From the human T2T-CHM13v2.0 reference genome, Homo sapiens, in the NCBI RefSeq assembly GCF_009914755.1, contig NC_060930.1: a stretch of 64,000 nucleotides of DNA; one strand, given 5' to 3'. The position numbers and the translations under genes are program-made. Below are positions 39,460-54,929 of this stretch, piece after piece. The notes under the pieces are model-generated. The model was not told the DNA's origin and searched no databases. It worked only from the letters and a program-made list of their open reading frames with translations. Numbering within the stretch: the stretch's first letter is position 1; each line of letters opens with the position of its first letter.

Positions 39460-40385
39460 TGGGACAAATTTATTTTCCAAAGACAACCACAGCAATAACT
39501 CCTATTTTGCAAGTTATTCTTAAAACAAATACTGCTTCTCCTCTATCAAGAAATAGACTCTAATCATCCTGCTCTCAAATCTAGGTGGGCTGGCAATTGC
39601 TTCCATAAACAACGTGGCCAAAATGACACTGTATGTCTTCTGAGGCTAGATTTTGTTAACAAAAATTCAGACACTTGTTAAAATGGTAAGGCAGATATTA
39701 TTTAAAACTATTTCAATAGGGGAGGGAGACTGAATGCATTTCTGAATACTGAAAAGACAGCTGAGGATTTAAAGCCAATGGACAGTGAGGGGGCAGTAGA
39801 TGGAAAATTACTGAGGGGAGATATAAGGGTTGATGGATTCTTGCTACACAGGCCTAACAGGATTCCTACTAAAAGCAGGCCAAGGACTGGCCAAGGATGG
39901 GGAGATTCTTGTGAGACTGACTTGGGATTTTTTCCTGAAACTAGACTCAGTAAGCCAAAGACAGGACAAGACAATGTGGAGGCCTAGTTAAAAAGAGGGC
40001 TCACAGGAGCTTGACCCAAGTTTGGTCAGAGGGTGTCTGTTAATTTGAAAAGACCATGCAATTTGATTGAGACACTCAATCTTGTGACCCAATTACCATG
40101 CTGGGAAGAAGTCCAAGACACATGAAGAAGAAACATGTAGTCATTTTTAGTGGACAGCCATCATCGCTCACCAGATACCTGAGTAAATAAGCTTCAGATG
40201 GTACCAGCCCCCAACTACTGAGTCCCTCAACTTTCATGTCTTCTCACCTGAGGCTCCATAAATCATGAAGTTGAAGCTAGCTCTCCAGTTCTTCTCTGTT
40301 CAAATTCCTGATGCACAGAATTCATGAGCATAATTAAATATTTGTCTTATTTCTCTAAATTTGGAGTGGCTTGTTAGATCTGAAC
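39460..40385 (+). mobile_element. MLT1 LTR split by MER31
   Basis: ttctgaggctaga..aaaagaccatgca; caaattcctgatgcacagaattcatgagcataatt. Confidence 0.75.
39653..40042 (-). mobile_element. MER31-like ERV1 solo LTR
   Basis: Reverse complement tgaccaaacttgggtcaagctcctgtgagccctctt..actaggcctc matches the MER31 start. Confidence 0.8.
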
Positions 40386-40409
40386 AAAACTGTTCTCACT
40401 ATTCTGATT

Positions 40410-41432
40410 TAAGCCCACATCTTTTTCCCAGGCTATTGCAGTAACCTCCTAACTGTTCCTCCTGATTTCACTGCTGCTTTCCCATAGTTTTGCCTCTACC
40501 TAGCAGCTCAAGTCAGTTGATAACAATCTTCTTTTCAAAACCTTGCAGTGGCCTTGCCCCTTTTAAAGAATGAAAGGCAGAGTCCCAAAGGCCCATATGT
40601 CTCCTCTTCATCTGCCACCATTCTTCCCCTGGTCTTCCTTCTTCTGGCCACAATGGGGCCCATCTTTTTCCTTGAACATACAAGCATACTTCCTGCTCTC
40701 TGTGCCTGGAATGGACTTTCCCCAGACATCTGTATTTCTTACTCTCTTGCTTCCTTCAGGTCTTGGCTTGAATATTGATATGGTATGTCTGTGTCCTCAC
40801 CCAAATCTCATCTTGAATTGTAGTTCCCATCATCCCTGCATGTCGAGGGAGGGACCTGGTGGGAGGTAATTGAATCACAGGGGTGGCTACCTCCATGCTG
40901 TTCTTGTGATAGTGAGTGAGTTCCCATGAGATCTGATGATTTTATAAGGGGCTTCTCCCCACTTTGCTCTGAACTTCTCCTTGCTGCTGCCATGTGAAGA
41001 AGGATGTGTTGCTTCCCCTTCCACCATGATTGCATTAATAAGTTTCCTGAGGCTTCCCCAGCCATGCTGAACTGTGAGTCAATTAAACCTCTTTCTTTTA
41101 TAGACTGGTATGTCCTTATTCGCAACGTGAGAACAGACTAATACAAAGATAGAAAGGCCTTCACTTACACTGTATATAAAACAAATAGATACTGCTGTCA
41201 CATCCACCTTATCCTGTTTCACTTTCCACATATCACTTACCGTCATCTGAAGTATTATATAGTTATTTGTTAATGTATTTGTTGTCTGTCTCCCTCCCAT
41301 GGATTGGAGTCCTTTTGGAGCTTGTATAGGCCTCCTTCCGTGAGAAAATTTGTTGTTTTCAGGGCAGTACTCTCAGTGCCTAAAATGTGCCTGGGACAAA
41401 GCAATTTGATAAACATTTGTTGACTGAATGAA
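40410..41432 (+). mobile_element. L2 3' part hosting the THE1 solo LTR
   Basis: ctattgcagtaacctcctaactg..; ends aacatttgttgactgaatgaat. Confidence 0.75.
40776..41145 (+). mobile_element. THE1 (B-like) solo LTR
   Basis: tgatatgg..gactaataca; 5-bp TSD aatat / aagat. Confidence 0.95.
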
Positions 41433-41829
41433 TTTGGCCTGCAAGAGTAATTTTAAAGAGTTACTTTCTACATGGCCTGGGATGTTTTGTCCTTAGACTT
41501 TAATATTGAATGATTTTTTTATTTTTCCATTTTATATCATATAGAACATTATGAAAGAAGGTTCGTAAGACACCAGGAGGAATATTGGTAAGATTCAGTA
41601 GGCAAATGTGTTGTGGAAAAGCTGTGGAGTGCAGGCTTCTGAGAAGGGAAGAGGACTAAGAACTCAGCCAAGGTGTCAACATATTAATGAAGGCAAAGGG
41701 GGCATCAGATGCAAGTAGAAGTGGGAATTTGACCGGAGCAAGTTATTTAGCATCTTTGAGCCTCAGTTTTCTGGGATGAAAAACATACATATTATAAATG
41801 TAATAAAGAACAACTGTTTGTCAGAAATT

Positions 41830-43085
41830 AATTTTAAAATCATATTTCACTTCAGCTCCTCAACATTATCCATGAGAAACTGGTACCTGAACAAAACAAT
41901 AGGCTGGACAGACAAATTTTGCAGAGACATAGGATTTGCTCTATTTCTTTAGCAATCCCCTTCCGCTCTTCTCTTAACCCATTAACCATACTGGAAAAGA
42001 TCTAGCTCAAAGTATTCTACCAAAGTTCAGAAAAGTGGCTTTTCTGCTTTTAATAGCAAAACCATGAGGTTTGCTGTTCTGCGGTGTAAAGAGGTAAAGA
42101 GTATACGATGTGGGAAAAGTAGACTAGAAGTTCTCAGTGTTAAGGGGCTATGGAAAAGAGAAAAAGGAAAAAGAATAAGGGACAGAGAATGAATTACACA
42201 AACCAACATAGTCTGAATCTCCTTTCTCTGGGCTTGGAGAGAACATGTGTTAGAAAAATTGAGAGGTATATCTAGCATGGAAAGATCTCTCTCTGCACTC
42301 TCCGTTTGGAATTGGAGAAGAAACCTGTAACATCACAGGCAACCCAGTCTAGCTAAAAGAGTGGAAAGTTGTGATCATGCTGGGAGAGGATCTGGTGGCC
42401 TTCCCCAGCCTCTCGGTTCATGTGTGGGGTGCATTAGTGGAAAGTCAGTGTGCCTGCCAGGTGCCTGCAATTAATCTTGCAGTAGAAGCTGGGTGGACTA
42501 CAGGACATTGGGGTAGGTAGGAGCAGATGGACCTGCAATCAGCATGGCCAAAGGGAGCTCAAATTACTCCAGGAACATTGCCCAGCCAAAAATAAAGAAC
42601 CACAAATGCACTAGCCGCAGATTGAAGCCTTAGTAGTCTGTAGGTAGACAGGAAGCATTGTACCAGATTCCAGTAGACAGTAGTTAGTGTAGACCCAATG
42701 ACCAGCACAAGGTCGGCATATTCTTCTATCCTCTAAAACTTCAGGGTCAAGTCACCCACACAGTCCTCTTGTACCCCACCTTAGGAAAAAGACAAGAAGA
42801 GAGGTATGTCATATGGTACGTCTGCGTCCTCACCCAAATCTCATCTTGAATTGTAGTTCCCAGTCTAAGAGACTGGGAGTAGTTCAGTCTAAGAGACTGA
42901 AAACCTACCTAAATGAGAGACCAGGCCCTAGCAGCTATGTACATGGTCACACTGGATTAAATTTAAACTAGTTGGGCATTTAGTTAGTTTTTTAATGCTA
43001 ACCAGATGGTGAGAGTTCTTCCAGTTAATTATCAAAAGGAAATTGCATTTTCTCATTATATATGAATTCTTACGATTTTTCCTCA
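41830..43085. mobile_element. About 1.2-kb ancient insertion (probable LTR) splitting a MIR
   Basis: MIR core at about 41738-41800 appears to resume at about 43090-43175; intervening DNA is more GC-rich; family not identified. Confidence 0.4.
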
Positions 43086-43619
43086 CCATTACAGAAGATT
43101 GTCAAAATAATATTTACAAGCATTTAGAATAGTGCTTGGCATTTACTAGTCAATAATGAAATGGTAGCAATTACTATGTTTGAAATCTACGCACTATTTT
43201 TGAAAGGAGACTAAGTCAATAATGGCACAGAAATAGTGGTAAAGCTGTGCGCTTTGGTCAGACAGTGGCCTTGGTGTTCAGGAAACCAAAACTTCCTATC
43301 TTCACATCTCTGTTCATTTCAGCTTCACTAGGTGTGACTTTTAAAATAACAAACACACTCCAATAAAAAGAAGGAAGTTTTGTAAAATTTGACCTTTAAA
43401 CATAACCTAAAGATACAACATTTGTTATTCATTTGTACTCACTTTCTATAATTTTGTCTTAATACGTATTTAATGTACATAAATAAAAAGAAGAAAACAC
43501 TATTTTTTTATACTGGATGCTTCCAAATGTGTAGTTATGGGTAATGCTATGCAATGACAACATTCCTAAAATTAGCATTTTGTTGCATTACTTGATTAAT
43601 TTTCATAATAATATTAAAT

Positions 43620-43782
43620 ATATATATAAGGTATTGACAGGAATATATATAAATATATACACATATATATGGGTATGTATGTGTGTGTACATATATATGT
43701 ATGTATATATATATGTATGTATATATATGTGTATATATATATACACACACACATACCCATGTATACACACACACACACATAC
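43620..43782. repeat. (TA)n/(TG)n/(CA)n compound microsatellite
   Basis: Direct inspection. Confidence 0.9.
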
Positions 43783-43784
43783 CC

Positions 43785-44040
43785 ATAATGACTATTGCTA
43801 AGCCTTTTGAGCATTTCCTATGTGCCAAGGACAATGCCAAATGTTTCACATGTTATTTCATTAATCCCCACAACAATTCTCTTCAATAAATACAATAGTG
43901 TTCCACATTTCACTAATGGTAAAAACCGAGGCACAGAGAGATTATGTAACCCTCCTAAGGTCATATAGCTAATAAGTATCAGCACTGGTTTTGGGCTCAG
44001 GCAATGTGATTTTATAGCTGTGACTATTAATCACCATGCC
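43785..44040 (-). mobile_element. MIR
   Basis: ttgagcatttcctatgtgccaagg..aaaaccgaggcacagagagattatgtaacc. Confidence 0.85.
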
Positions 44041-44809
44041 GTAGAGATTTGTTGTTGAGGGCAGTCTGCTATCCATCACACGTTTTTCGATACAATAGTT
44101 GATTTTGGTACATTTTCACCCAAAATCACCTTCTGATTTTAACAAGAGAAAAAATATTTAGAAATACTCAATAGATAAGGTTTCAACAAAGAATAATTTT
44201 AATTTATTGTTTCATAGATTATATTTCATACAAAAGTGCTTTTAGTATGAGCATTTGAAATAGGCTTTTGATCAAATTTTAACAAAGTTTTTTCAGCAGC
44301 TTCTCTGCTTTTTAAAAAATGTACTCATCGGGAGATATTGTAGATATTGTTCCATTAGTGTAAATGGACATTATGTTCAAGGCACCAAATTCTTCATAAA
44401 GAGAATTTGAAGGTGTCTTTTTTTCCCCCTGTGGTGTCAACATCTATAATTTCATTTGTTTATTAAAGATGATTTGACAATGAGAAAAATTCAAACCTGT
44501 TAGAGAATTTAGAGCATAGCTGATACATTTCCAAAAGAAAAACACATTTCTGATGTTTGAGGGATTTTGAACAGACATTTATTGCGTCATAAAAAGAAGA
44601 GGTAATGAAGTCCTTCTGGAATAAGAATGTAGTTTCCATGTGAAAAAATATATTTTTTTTCCTTAAGAAATTCTGAAAGTAAATTTCATGTAAAAACATT
44701 CAGGTAAGTTGCTCATTTTATTTGTTATAATGCTTTCATTTTTTTCATCACTAGATTAGTTCAATGTGTAAAAAAAATGAAAATTACTACAAATTGGAGA
44801 TTTGCCAAA

Positions 44810-45000
44810 TCCTTACTATACTTTGGGCACTGTTCAAGACACTTTACATGTATTAAATTATTTAATCTTCACAAGAGACCTCTGGGGTCTCCATTTTATA
44901 GACAGGAAACTGAGGCACTGAAAGATTAAGAAATGTGCATAGACATGATCTAAGCCAGTGTTATCTGGCTCTAGAGTAGTCGCACTTAACTATTCTGCTA
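44810..45000 (-). mobile_element. MIR
   Basis: ccattttatagacaggaaactgaggcactgaaagattaag. Confidence 0.82.
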
Positions 45001-45644
45001 GTTTACCTTAAGAATATTTAATAATACTTTATTTCTTATGTATTTTCAAATTTCCATACTTTTCTCATTTATTTAATATTATTTTGTTGAGAATGAAGCC
45101 AATTTTCTCATGATTTTTATAGAAAATATAAAACCCTATTTCAGATATTTGTCTATTATTTCTCAAGAATATCCTACGTTTAAAATTATAACTTTCTTCC
45201 CGCAGAGATGTAATTTGTTTTAATTAGGTCATCTAAATGTCAATTATTTATGTTGACTACAGCAATTCCTAATTTTGGGATTTCACAGGCCTTCACTCTT
45301 ACCTGGCACTCTGGGAATCTTCTCTGTTTTGCATAGTCTTAATTATATTACTTTGTTGAAGAGACACAAGAAAAATGACATTCTTCTGGAGTGACTTTTC
45401 AATTAAATCAAAGAGATCTGATAAGATTAAAGAAAATGCTGGCAAAGCACTGAGTGGTGAGAAAGAGAGACTGTCCATGTCAAAAGAGTTACCAGGAACA
45501 AAATACAGAATTATATCAGGACACTATTGACTTAGCATAATTAGTAGTTTTTGTTACTAACATGCTAAATGATTTATTAGCTGTCATTAGCTGTCATTAG
45601 CACATTAGATGATGTGCTATAATAATTACTCCAAAATACCACAT

Positions 45645-45850
45645 CTTGATTTATGCAGCAGTTTTATTTCCAAGACACTTTAACCTCATTTAGCTTTCAT
45701 TACATTTTGGTAAAATAATTAAGAACAAGTGTTATAATTCCAAATTTAAAGATGGAAACTGAGTCACACAGATGCTACGTAACCTGAGAAAAATCTCACA
45801 GTTACAACAGTGAGTCTCAAGCCTCTAAATTCTCCTCTTATTCTCTGCCT
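45645..45850 (-). mobile_element. MIR (degenerate)
   Basis: aaagatggaaactgagtcacacagatg core. Confidence 0.6.
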
Positions 45851-48569
45851 CAAATCATGGTCTCTGCCCAGAGATGGCTTCAGTTTGAGGAGAAGCCAGA
45901 GAGAAACTAGAAAATTATATTATTTGTTTTATCTGAACACTGGGAAATATAACATCTTCTGTTTAAAAATAGAGTTGGTATGGATAAAAAAGAGCATAAA
46001 AGGGTTTAGTTGCAAAGACTGTTTTTTTTTCTTAACTGTGTGGTAATAAACACACAAATGCAACCATACTTTAAGGAATCTTGTTATATAAACAGGAGAT
46101 TATAAGTCACAAAACGATTGTCAAGGTTTCTGACTGTTACTAAAATAATATAAACTGTAAGAAGGACTATTGTGGTTTCTCTAGGTGATATGTGGCCTAT
46201 GAGGAAAACAAAGGCCATGGAATACAGAATTGCTCACCAAATTTATGGCCTGATGTCTGTGATGCTGTGTGGTAGGTTGAAGAATTATGTTAGTACTACA
46301 TCTGCTCCTAGGAAGTCATCTGTGAAAGCTTCCTAATTTTTTAAATACCTATGTGTTGTATGAATCACAATGAAATGAATCCCCGTTTGCTAACTCTAGC
46401 TATTTTGTATTTGGAGTGAGCACTTACATCACTAAACTGAATGCTCTGGGCTAAAAAGTCTACATGTTAATTTCTTTACATGCTTTCACAAAATATAGAT
46501 GATGCGATTGGTGGGAATTAAAATTGGGCCTGAGTTTCATAAATATTAGTGAAATCTGATTAGATGTAACATGAATCATAGGACCCAGATATTAGCCTGA
46601 CTTTAATCTCTGCTGTATGTGGATAGTGGTAAAAGTTATTAAATGAAAGTATGCCCACCAAAGAAAAGCTATTAAGCAATCTATAAACTTTCATACTATG
46701 TCCTGTAAAACTAAACCCAAATCAGTTTGGGAAATTAGGAAAGCAATTAAATGGCTACTTTTCCCATCTCTTTGCTTTCTGATGAAACATGAAATGAAAC
46801 ATACTTATCATTTTCTTATGTTATCTATGTATTAAGTTTAAATTCTGTATGAAAATTGAGCAAAGTCTGGCCTAGTAGACTATAATGATTTTTTTCTCAG
46901 GATATTAATTACAGTGAAAATATTGCTTTCTGGATTTCTTGACCATATTCTTTATTATTCTTATGATTTGATAACTACTCTAAGGATATTGGCTAGTCAA
47001 TATCTGGATTCCAATCATTCAGGAAGGAGAGCAGTATTTTAGGCTTATAGAGAATTCGGCCTGACAATAGCCTTATGGTAATATTTCCAGCAGCTGCCAG
47101 GTTGTTGAATATGTTGTCAGTCCAATCTTATTTAATTTCGTTTCTATCTAGCTATACTTAAGAAGACAACATGGGACTAGAATGTTGGCAACAATGCATG
47201 TTCAGACAAGTCCACAACACCATGACTTTAAAGTACATTAAGCACCATAAAAATTAAGCATATAGGAGTGATATGTGGGGGGAGTGACATTGGTATACAC
47301 AAAATAAAGGCACTTCTGTAGTTTTGGAGACACCTAGAAGCTTATGATAAAGCCTTTTGAATCTTGTAGTCTAGGGAAACCCTATCTCGAGCCTAAGATT
47401 TTCATAAGAAATCCAGATCAGCAAGCTGTTAGTGAACTAACCCTCCTGATAGTCCACTGCCAGTGATGCAGTGGAGAGCACAGATGTCAAGGAACACATG
47501 AGCACACTAAAAAGAGTCGTGCACCCTTAGAGAGGGAAATCAAATATGGCACCACACTGGCATCAAGCTCCAAGCCAGAAAGGTTGCCTATATAGTAACG
47601 AAATAAGTCTTTTACTTTTCCTAAGGTTATAGATGATCAGGATTGCAGGAGAATTTAAATATCAAATGCCTGTTATATAGACAGTGGTCTCCAACATGGC
47701 CCTATATATAGTCCTAATAGGATACAAGGGCTAATCCTGACAAGGCCAGCTATAATGAACAGATAAATGCTTAGTCTTGATTTAAAGCGACCACTCTTCT
47801 TTATATTTCAAAAGTGCTGATAATTTAGGCAATTTAAAAAATATATTTATTTGAATTTACAAGAAAAGCCACATGCAGTCATAATTAGAGGCTTTACTTA
47901 TATGTATATATTCTTCAAATAATATAAAGAACTATCTTTCCTTCCACTGTGACCTCATAACACTTCCACTTAAGAAGTAATTTAATAAACTTCCTAGATA
48001 TCCAGTCTTGTCAGCTTCTCCTAAGTAAAAGTCTGATGATAAAAATATATATATTGTCTCTTATGTTTGCTAGTTTTTACCTCTCAATTAGTTACTCCAA
48101 TCACTTTGTGACTTTGCTGAACTGGATTCACCTTGGTTTATGCTTTACTACTTTGTCATGCATACGAAATTAAGGAGTAAACAAACACTGTATGCTTAGT
48201 ACACAGAGACTGACCACATAAAACTTCTAAGTTGTTAGTTAATTATTCATTTGTGTGTTTCTAAAACAGTGGGGTAAGTTAAAGCAATAGGAACACACAA
48301 CATAGGATCATAATGAAATGCTTTCTTTAAGTTAAAAACAACAGAATAGTGAAAAGATAAACTTTCATTCATTTTTAACACAACAGCAGAATACAAAACA
48401 GCTTTCATTCTTCCACATATTTCATTTGTCACGAAAGGGCAGAAGCCAAACTTATTAACGGTTTGAATAGACATGACATTGAGACATCACTATGTCTCCT
48501 TAGGATTTTGGTTTATCTCATCATATTATTGTATTCTAACTCAATATATTTATTATAAAAACATTTTTC

Positions 48570-50485
48570 CTTAAAAATAAACACATTAGCACTTAGTTCT
48601 TGGTTGTGAAATCATTGGTATCTAATTAATTGTGTAAAAATTACAAAGCATAAATATGCAAAATAAAAACCAAGAAAATTCTTCAAATGCACAGCACCCA
48701 GAAATATCATTGTCAGCATTTTGTCCATATTTTCATGAATATTTATCTCCATTTTTTATGAAATGGGTCTAATATAATATATGGTGTTCTGTGTTCTCTT
48801 TCCTAACAACACTATATTATGAAAAATACTGACACTAAACATAGCTCAGCATCATCATGTTAATGTCTGTCTAGCCATTCACTTTAAGTATATGCTATAA
48901 TTTATGTATCCAATCTTCTGTTGTTCAACACTTAAGCTGTTTTCAGGATTTGTTTTTGTTTAGATAATATAGCTGTAGCCAGCTGTAACTTTTTTGTTTT
49001 GACAGTGTGCATACTTAGACACATAATCAAATAATTTCTTAATCTAAAATTCCTGGAAGTGGGGTTGTGAATGGAGATGTGAAAAATGAGTGAAATGTAA
49101 GGCTTTTGATGCAACTGTCAAACTATATTTGACACAGATTAAATCAGTTTATATTCCCACACGCAGTTTATGTTTCTGAAAACATGGACTACTAGGCAAG
49201 GATGAACTGTTCCATTAATCTAAAAAAGTTCTGGATAATCTATAGCAATATGTAATCCATGGATTATGTGGTAAGAAATGAAAGATGTCTCTAAGTGTCA
49301 AAACCAAAGTAGGAACTGGGCACCAGGGGCGTAGCGAGTAAGATGATGGCTGGGAGTTATAAGGAGACAGCAGTCCAATAATGACTCACTTTTGCATTTG
49401 TTTTTACATTTGTTATTGAAGCATGAGTTACACAGTATAAAGTGAAGAAATTGCATTTATGGAGATCAGTGCATTTTTACAAATAGGACATACCTGTATA
49501 CCCACCGTCTAGATCAAATTATAAAATGTATGAGCATCCCAGCTTTCCTTATGCTCTCTTGCAGGCTTTATTTTTTTTTTTTTCAGATGGAAAGCACGTC
49601 CTTCACCATAAGTTGCTTTTGTCTGTTTTTCAACATTAGGTAAGTGAAATATGCAGTGTATATATGTCCACTTTCTTTCACTGAACCATTTATAAAATGT
49701 GTGCATGTTATTAAACATACAAGTTGTTATTTTTCATTGCTATATAGTGTTATTTTGGATGAATATACCACAATTAATTTATTGTTAGTAAGAATTTGGT
49801 AGATTTCTAGTTTGAGAATATTAGCAATAATTCTGAAATTTTTTTATGTCTTTTGGTCAAAATATATTGAGAATATACCTAGGAGCAGAATTGCTAAGTC
49901 GTAGAATGTATATGTGTTCCAATATAGTAGATATTGCCAGTTTTCTAAAGGGGTTGTACCAGTTTATATCCCCACCAAAAACATACAAAAATGTTGATTG
50001 TTCCATACTTTGTCATATCATATTAGATAATGTTTTAAAGTTTAGCTATCCTAAAGTCATATTTCCTTATGGTATTGATTTGCATTTTTACAAATCTATG
50101 ATGAAATAGAGTACCTTTTCATATGCTTATGATCCATTTGAATATCCTCTTTCATGAAGTGTTTAATATTTCATCTGTTTTACTAAATGTGTGGTCTTTC
50201 TTTTTCTTATATATCTGTATGTATTTTAACATATACATGATAAACACATATTGTAAAACCTTATTTTATTTTACAGATTGCATTTTACTTTTTAATTTTG
50301 ATGAAATTCAGTTTATACATTTTTCCTTTACAGTCACGTTTTTGTGTCTTATTTAAAAAAACCTTTGCTTACCACATGATTTCTTCTAGAAGTTTTATTA
50401 TTTTACCTTTTATATTTCTATTTATAATTCATTGTTTTTATGAATGCTATGAGGTAGTGTCAGGATACATTTTTTTTTCCACATA
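48570..50485 (-). mobile_element. Old L1ME 3' fragments
   Basis: ttttcattgctatatagtg..tgaatataccacaattaattt; atatacctaggagcagaattgct. Confidence 0.72.
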
Positions 50486-51010
50486 GATAATCAGAGATTT
50501 TGGTTCTGGCCATGATAAAATATTACATATGGGACTTATATTACTGCAACAAATCCTAAAACTGGATAAAACACAAAAAGTATCAGTTTTTAGGCATTAG
50601 ACAATAGCTGGCTCAGAGCTCTTATCCTTGAGAGAAAGAAACATTCAAGAGAAACTCTATAATTACTCTCATTTCATTTGAGGGGTATTTTCAAACTGTG
50701 GTACAGAGAAGTTTGAAAATACCCAAACAGGCAAATGTGATCATTCTAAGGAGCCTGAGATTTACGGGACAGCATGCCAGAGTGAAGGCATCATTTCTTT
50801 GAGCTTTTGGCTAAACACTAAGCCACACATGTTCAGGATGAGTTTCCATGAAATTTTGCAGAGTGGTGAAGTAAGGCTGTGACAAGTAGGAGTCACAATC
50901 AGCTGTACTAGAGGTTCACTGAAGGCTCCAGGCATTAAGAAGATATGTCAAAATTTTCCTGTTTTAGGAGCAGGGCTACTGTGGCTTTAGAGTAAGGGCT
51001 ACTCTCTATG

Positions 51011-51215
51011 AGTAGTTCTCAACTTGTGCAATTTTTCCCTGGAGAGGAAATTTGAAAATGTATGGAGACATCTTTATTTGTCACAATTATGGGGAAAGCA
51101 TTACTGGCATCAAGTGGGTAGAATTCACAGAAACTTCTAATTATCCTGCAACACACAGGAAATTCATCAAAACAATGTATCAAAACAATTTGATACAACA
51201 TGTCAATACTCCCTG
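51011..51215 (+). mobile_element. MER20
   Basis: agtagttctcaac..tggagacatctttatttgtcacaa..tactggcatcaagtgggtaga. Confidence 0.85.
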
Positions 51216-51346
51216 ACACAGATATAGTCTAACAAAGCCTAAAATTGAATCTCCAAAAAATAGTCACCAATCAATCAACTGCCTATCAAAACAAATCACC
51301 ACTTAAAGGAACGTAATTTAATCCAGATTCTAAACAAGGTAGCAAT

Positions 51347-52793
<1,447 letters not shown>

Positions 52794-52856
52794 TATGATG
52801 TTAGCTGGTTATTTTGCTTGTTAGATGATGCAGTTTCTTCCTAGTGTCGATGATCT

Positions 52857-53882
52857 TTACAATTTGGCATGTTTTTGCAGTGGCTGGTACCAGTTGTTCC
52901 TTTCCATGTTTAGTGCTTCCTTCAGGAGCTCTTGTAAGGCAGGCCTGGTGGTGACAAAAATCTCTCAGCATTTGCTTGTCTGTAAAGGATTTCATTTCTC
53001 CTTCACTTATGAAGCTTAGTTTGGCTGGATATGAAATTCCGGGTTGAAAATTCTTCTCTTTAAGAATGTTGAATATTGGCCCCCACTCTCTTCTGGCTTG
53101 TAGAGTTTCTGTCAAGAGATCTGCTGTTAGTCTGATGGGCTTCCCTTTGTGGGTAACCCGACCTTTCTCTCTGGCTGCCCTTAACATTTTTTCCTTCATT
53201 TCAACCTTGGAGAATCTGATGATTATGTGTCTTGGGGTTACTCTTCTTGAGGAGTATCTTAGTGCTGTTCTCTGTATTTCCTGAATTTGAATGTTGGCTT
53301 GCCTTGCTAGATTGGGGAAGTTCTCCTTGATAATATCCTGAAGAGTGTTTTCCACTTGGTTCCATTCTCCTCGTCACTTTCAGGTACACCAATCAGACGT
53401 AGATTTGGTCTTTTCACATAGTCCCATATTTCTTGGAGGCTTTGTTCATTTCTTTTTACTCTTTTTTCTCTAAACTTCTCTTCTCACCTCATTTCATTCA
53501 TTTGATCTTCAATCACTGATACCCTTTCTTCCAATTGGTCGAATTGGCTACTGAAGCTTGTGCATGCGTCACATAGTTCTCATGCCATGGTTTTCAGCGC
53601 CATCAGGTCATTTAAGGTCTTCTCTAGGCTGTTTATACTAGTTAGCCATTTGTCTAATCTTTTTTCAAGGTTTTTAGCTTCTTTGCGATGGGTTTGAACA
53701 TCCTCCTTTAGCTCAGAGAAGTTTGTTATTACCGATCGTCTGAAGCCTTCTTCTCTCAACTCACCAAAGTCATTCTCCTTCCATCTTTGTTCCGTTGCTG
53801 GCGAGGAGCTGCATTCCTTTGGAGGAGAAAAGGCGCTCTGATTTTTAGAATTTTCAGCTTTTCTGCTCTGGTTTCTCTCCAT
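52857..53882 (-). pseudogene. L1 ORF1p relic (stops and frameshifts)
   Basis: MERNQSRKAENSKNQSA.. and ENTLQDIIKENFPNLARQANIQIQEIQR.. lie in separate ORFs. Confidence 0.92.
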
Positions 53883-54929
53883 CTTTGTGGTTTTACCTAC
53901 CTTTGGTCTTTGATGATGGTGACGTAGAGGTGGGGTTTTGGTGTGGATGTCCTTTCTTTTGTTAGTTTTCCTTCTAACAGTCAGGACCCTCAGCTGCAGA
54001 TCTGTTGGAGTTTGCTGGAGGTCCACTCCAGACCCTAGTTGACTGGATATCACCAGTGGAGGCTGCAGAGCAGTAAATAAAGAGAATTGCAGAACGGCAA
54101 ATCCAGAACACAATAATGACTTATTAACATATGAAGAAGAAAAGACACTTCAGCAATAAACAAGAGGGAAAAAAAAAAGCTGATAAAATTAGACCCTGAG
54201 ATAAAACAACAGAAAGAGGCATAGACAAAAAGTCAACATAATGAGCTATCTATTTAATATCTATGTAGTGCTTGAGTACTATTTATTGAAAATTTATATT
54301 GTTCAGGCAACTGTATATATGTTTTATTTATTGTATTTATAATTGGTTTATTTGAATACTCTTGTGTGAATGCCACACTATTTTAATTTGTATAGTTTTA
54401 CAATTAGTCAATATCTGCAAGTATATTACCTTTGAATTAAGCCTATTAATAAGTTTATATATTAAATCTTTAAACTATGATCATAATATAGCCACTTATT
54501 TATCCACTCTTTATTTTTTATTATTATTGTTTTCTCTTTTCTGTGTAGAGGTCTTATATATAGTAACTTTTAAATGTTTGATTTTTTAATTGTCTATATA
54601 TAAAATACAAAAGATAAAATGGAAATTTCTATGTTGATATTATATAAAAGTTTCCTAAAGTTTTAAAAAAAATCTACTAGTTTATGTTTGTAATTTAGAA
54701 CTATATATTCTAAATACCTACAAAATTTGACAATAATGGCTTTAGTTCTACTTTTGCAATTCCTAAAACTTTCATTTACTTTTTATTCCTTATTGCACTG
54801 TCTAGGACCTCCAGTGTAGTGTTGAATAAAAGTAAGAATAGTCGTTATTGTCTTAATCCATAAATGCCTAGGAAAACCTTTCAACATTTCACCACTAAGT
54901 GCAATGCTTGAATATGTGTGTGTGTATTT

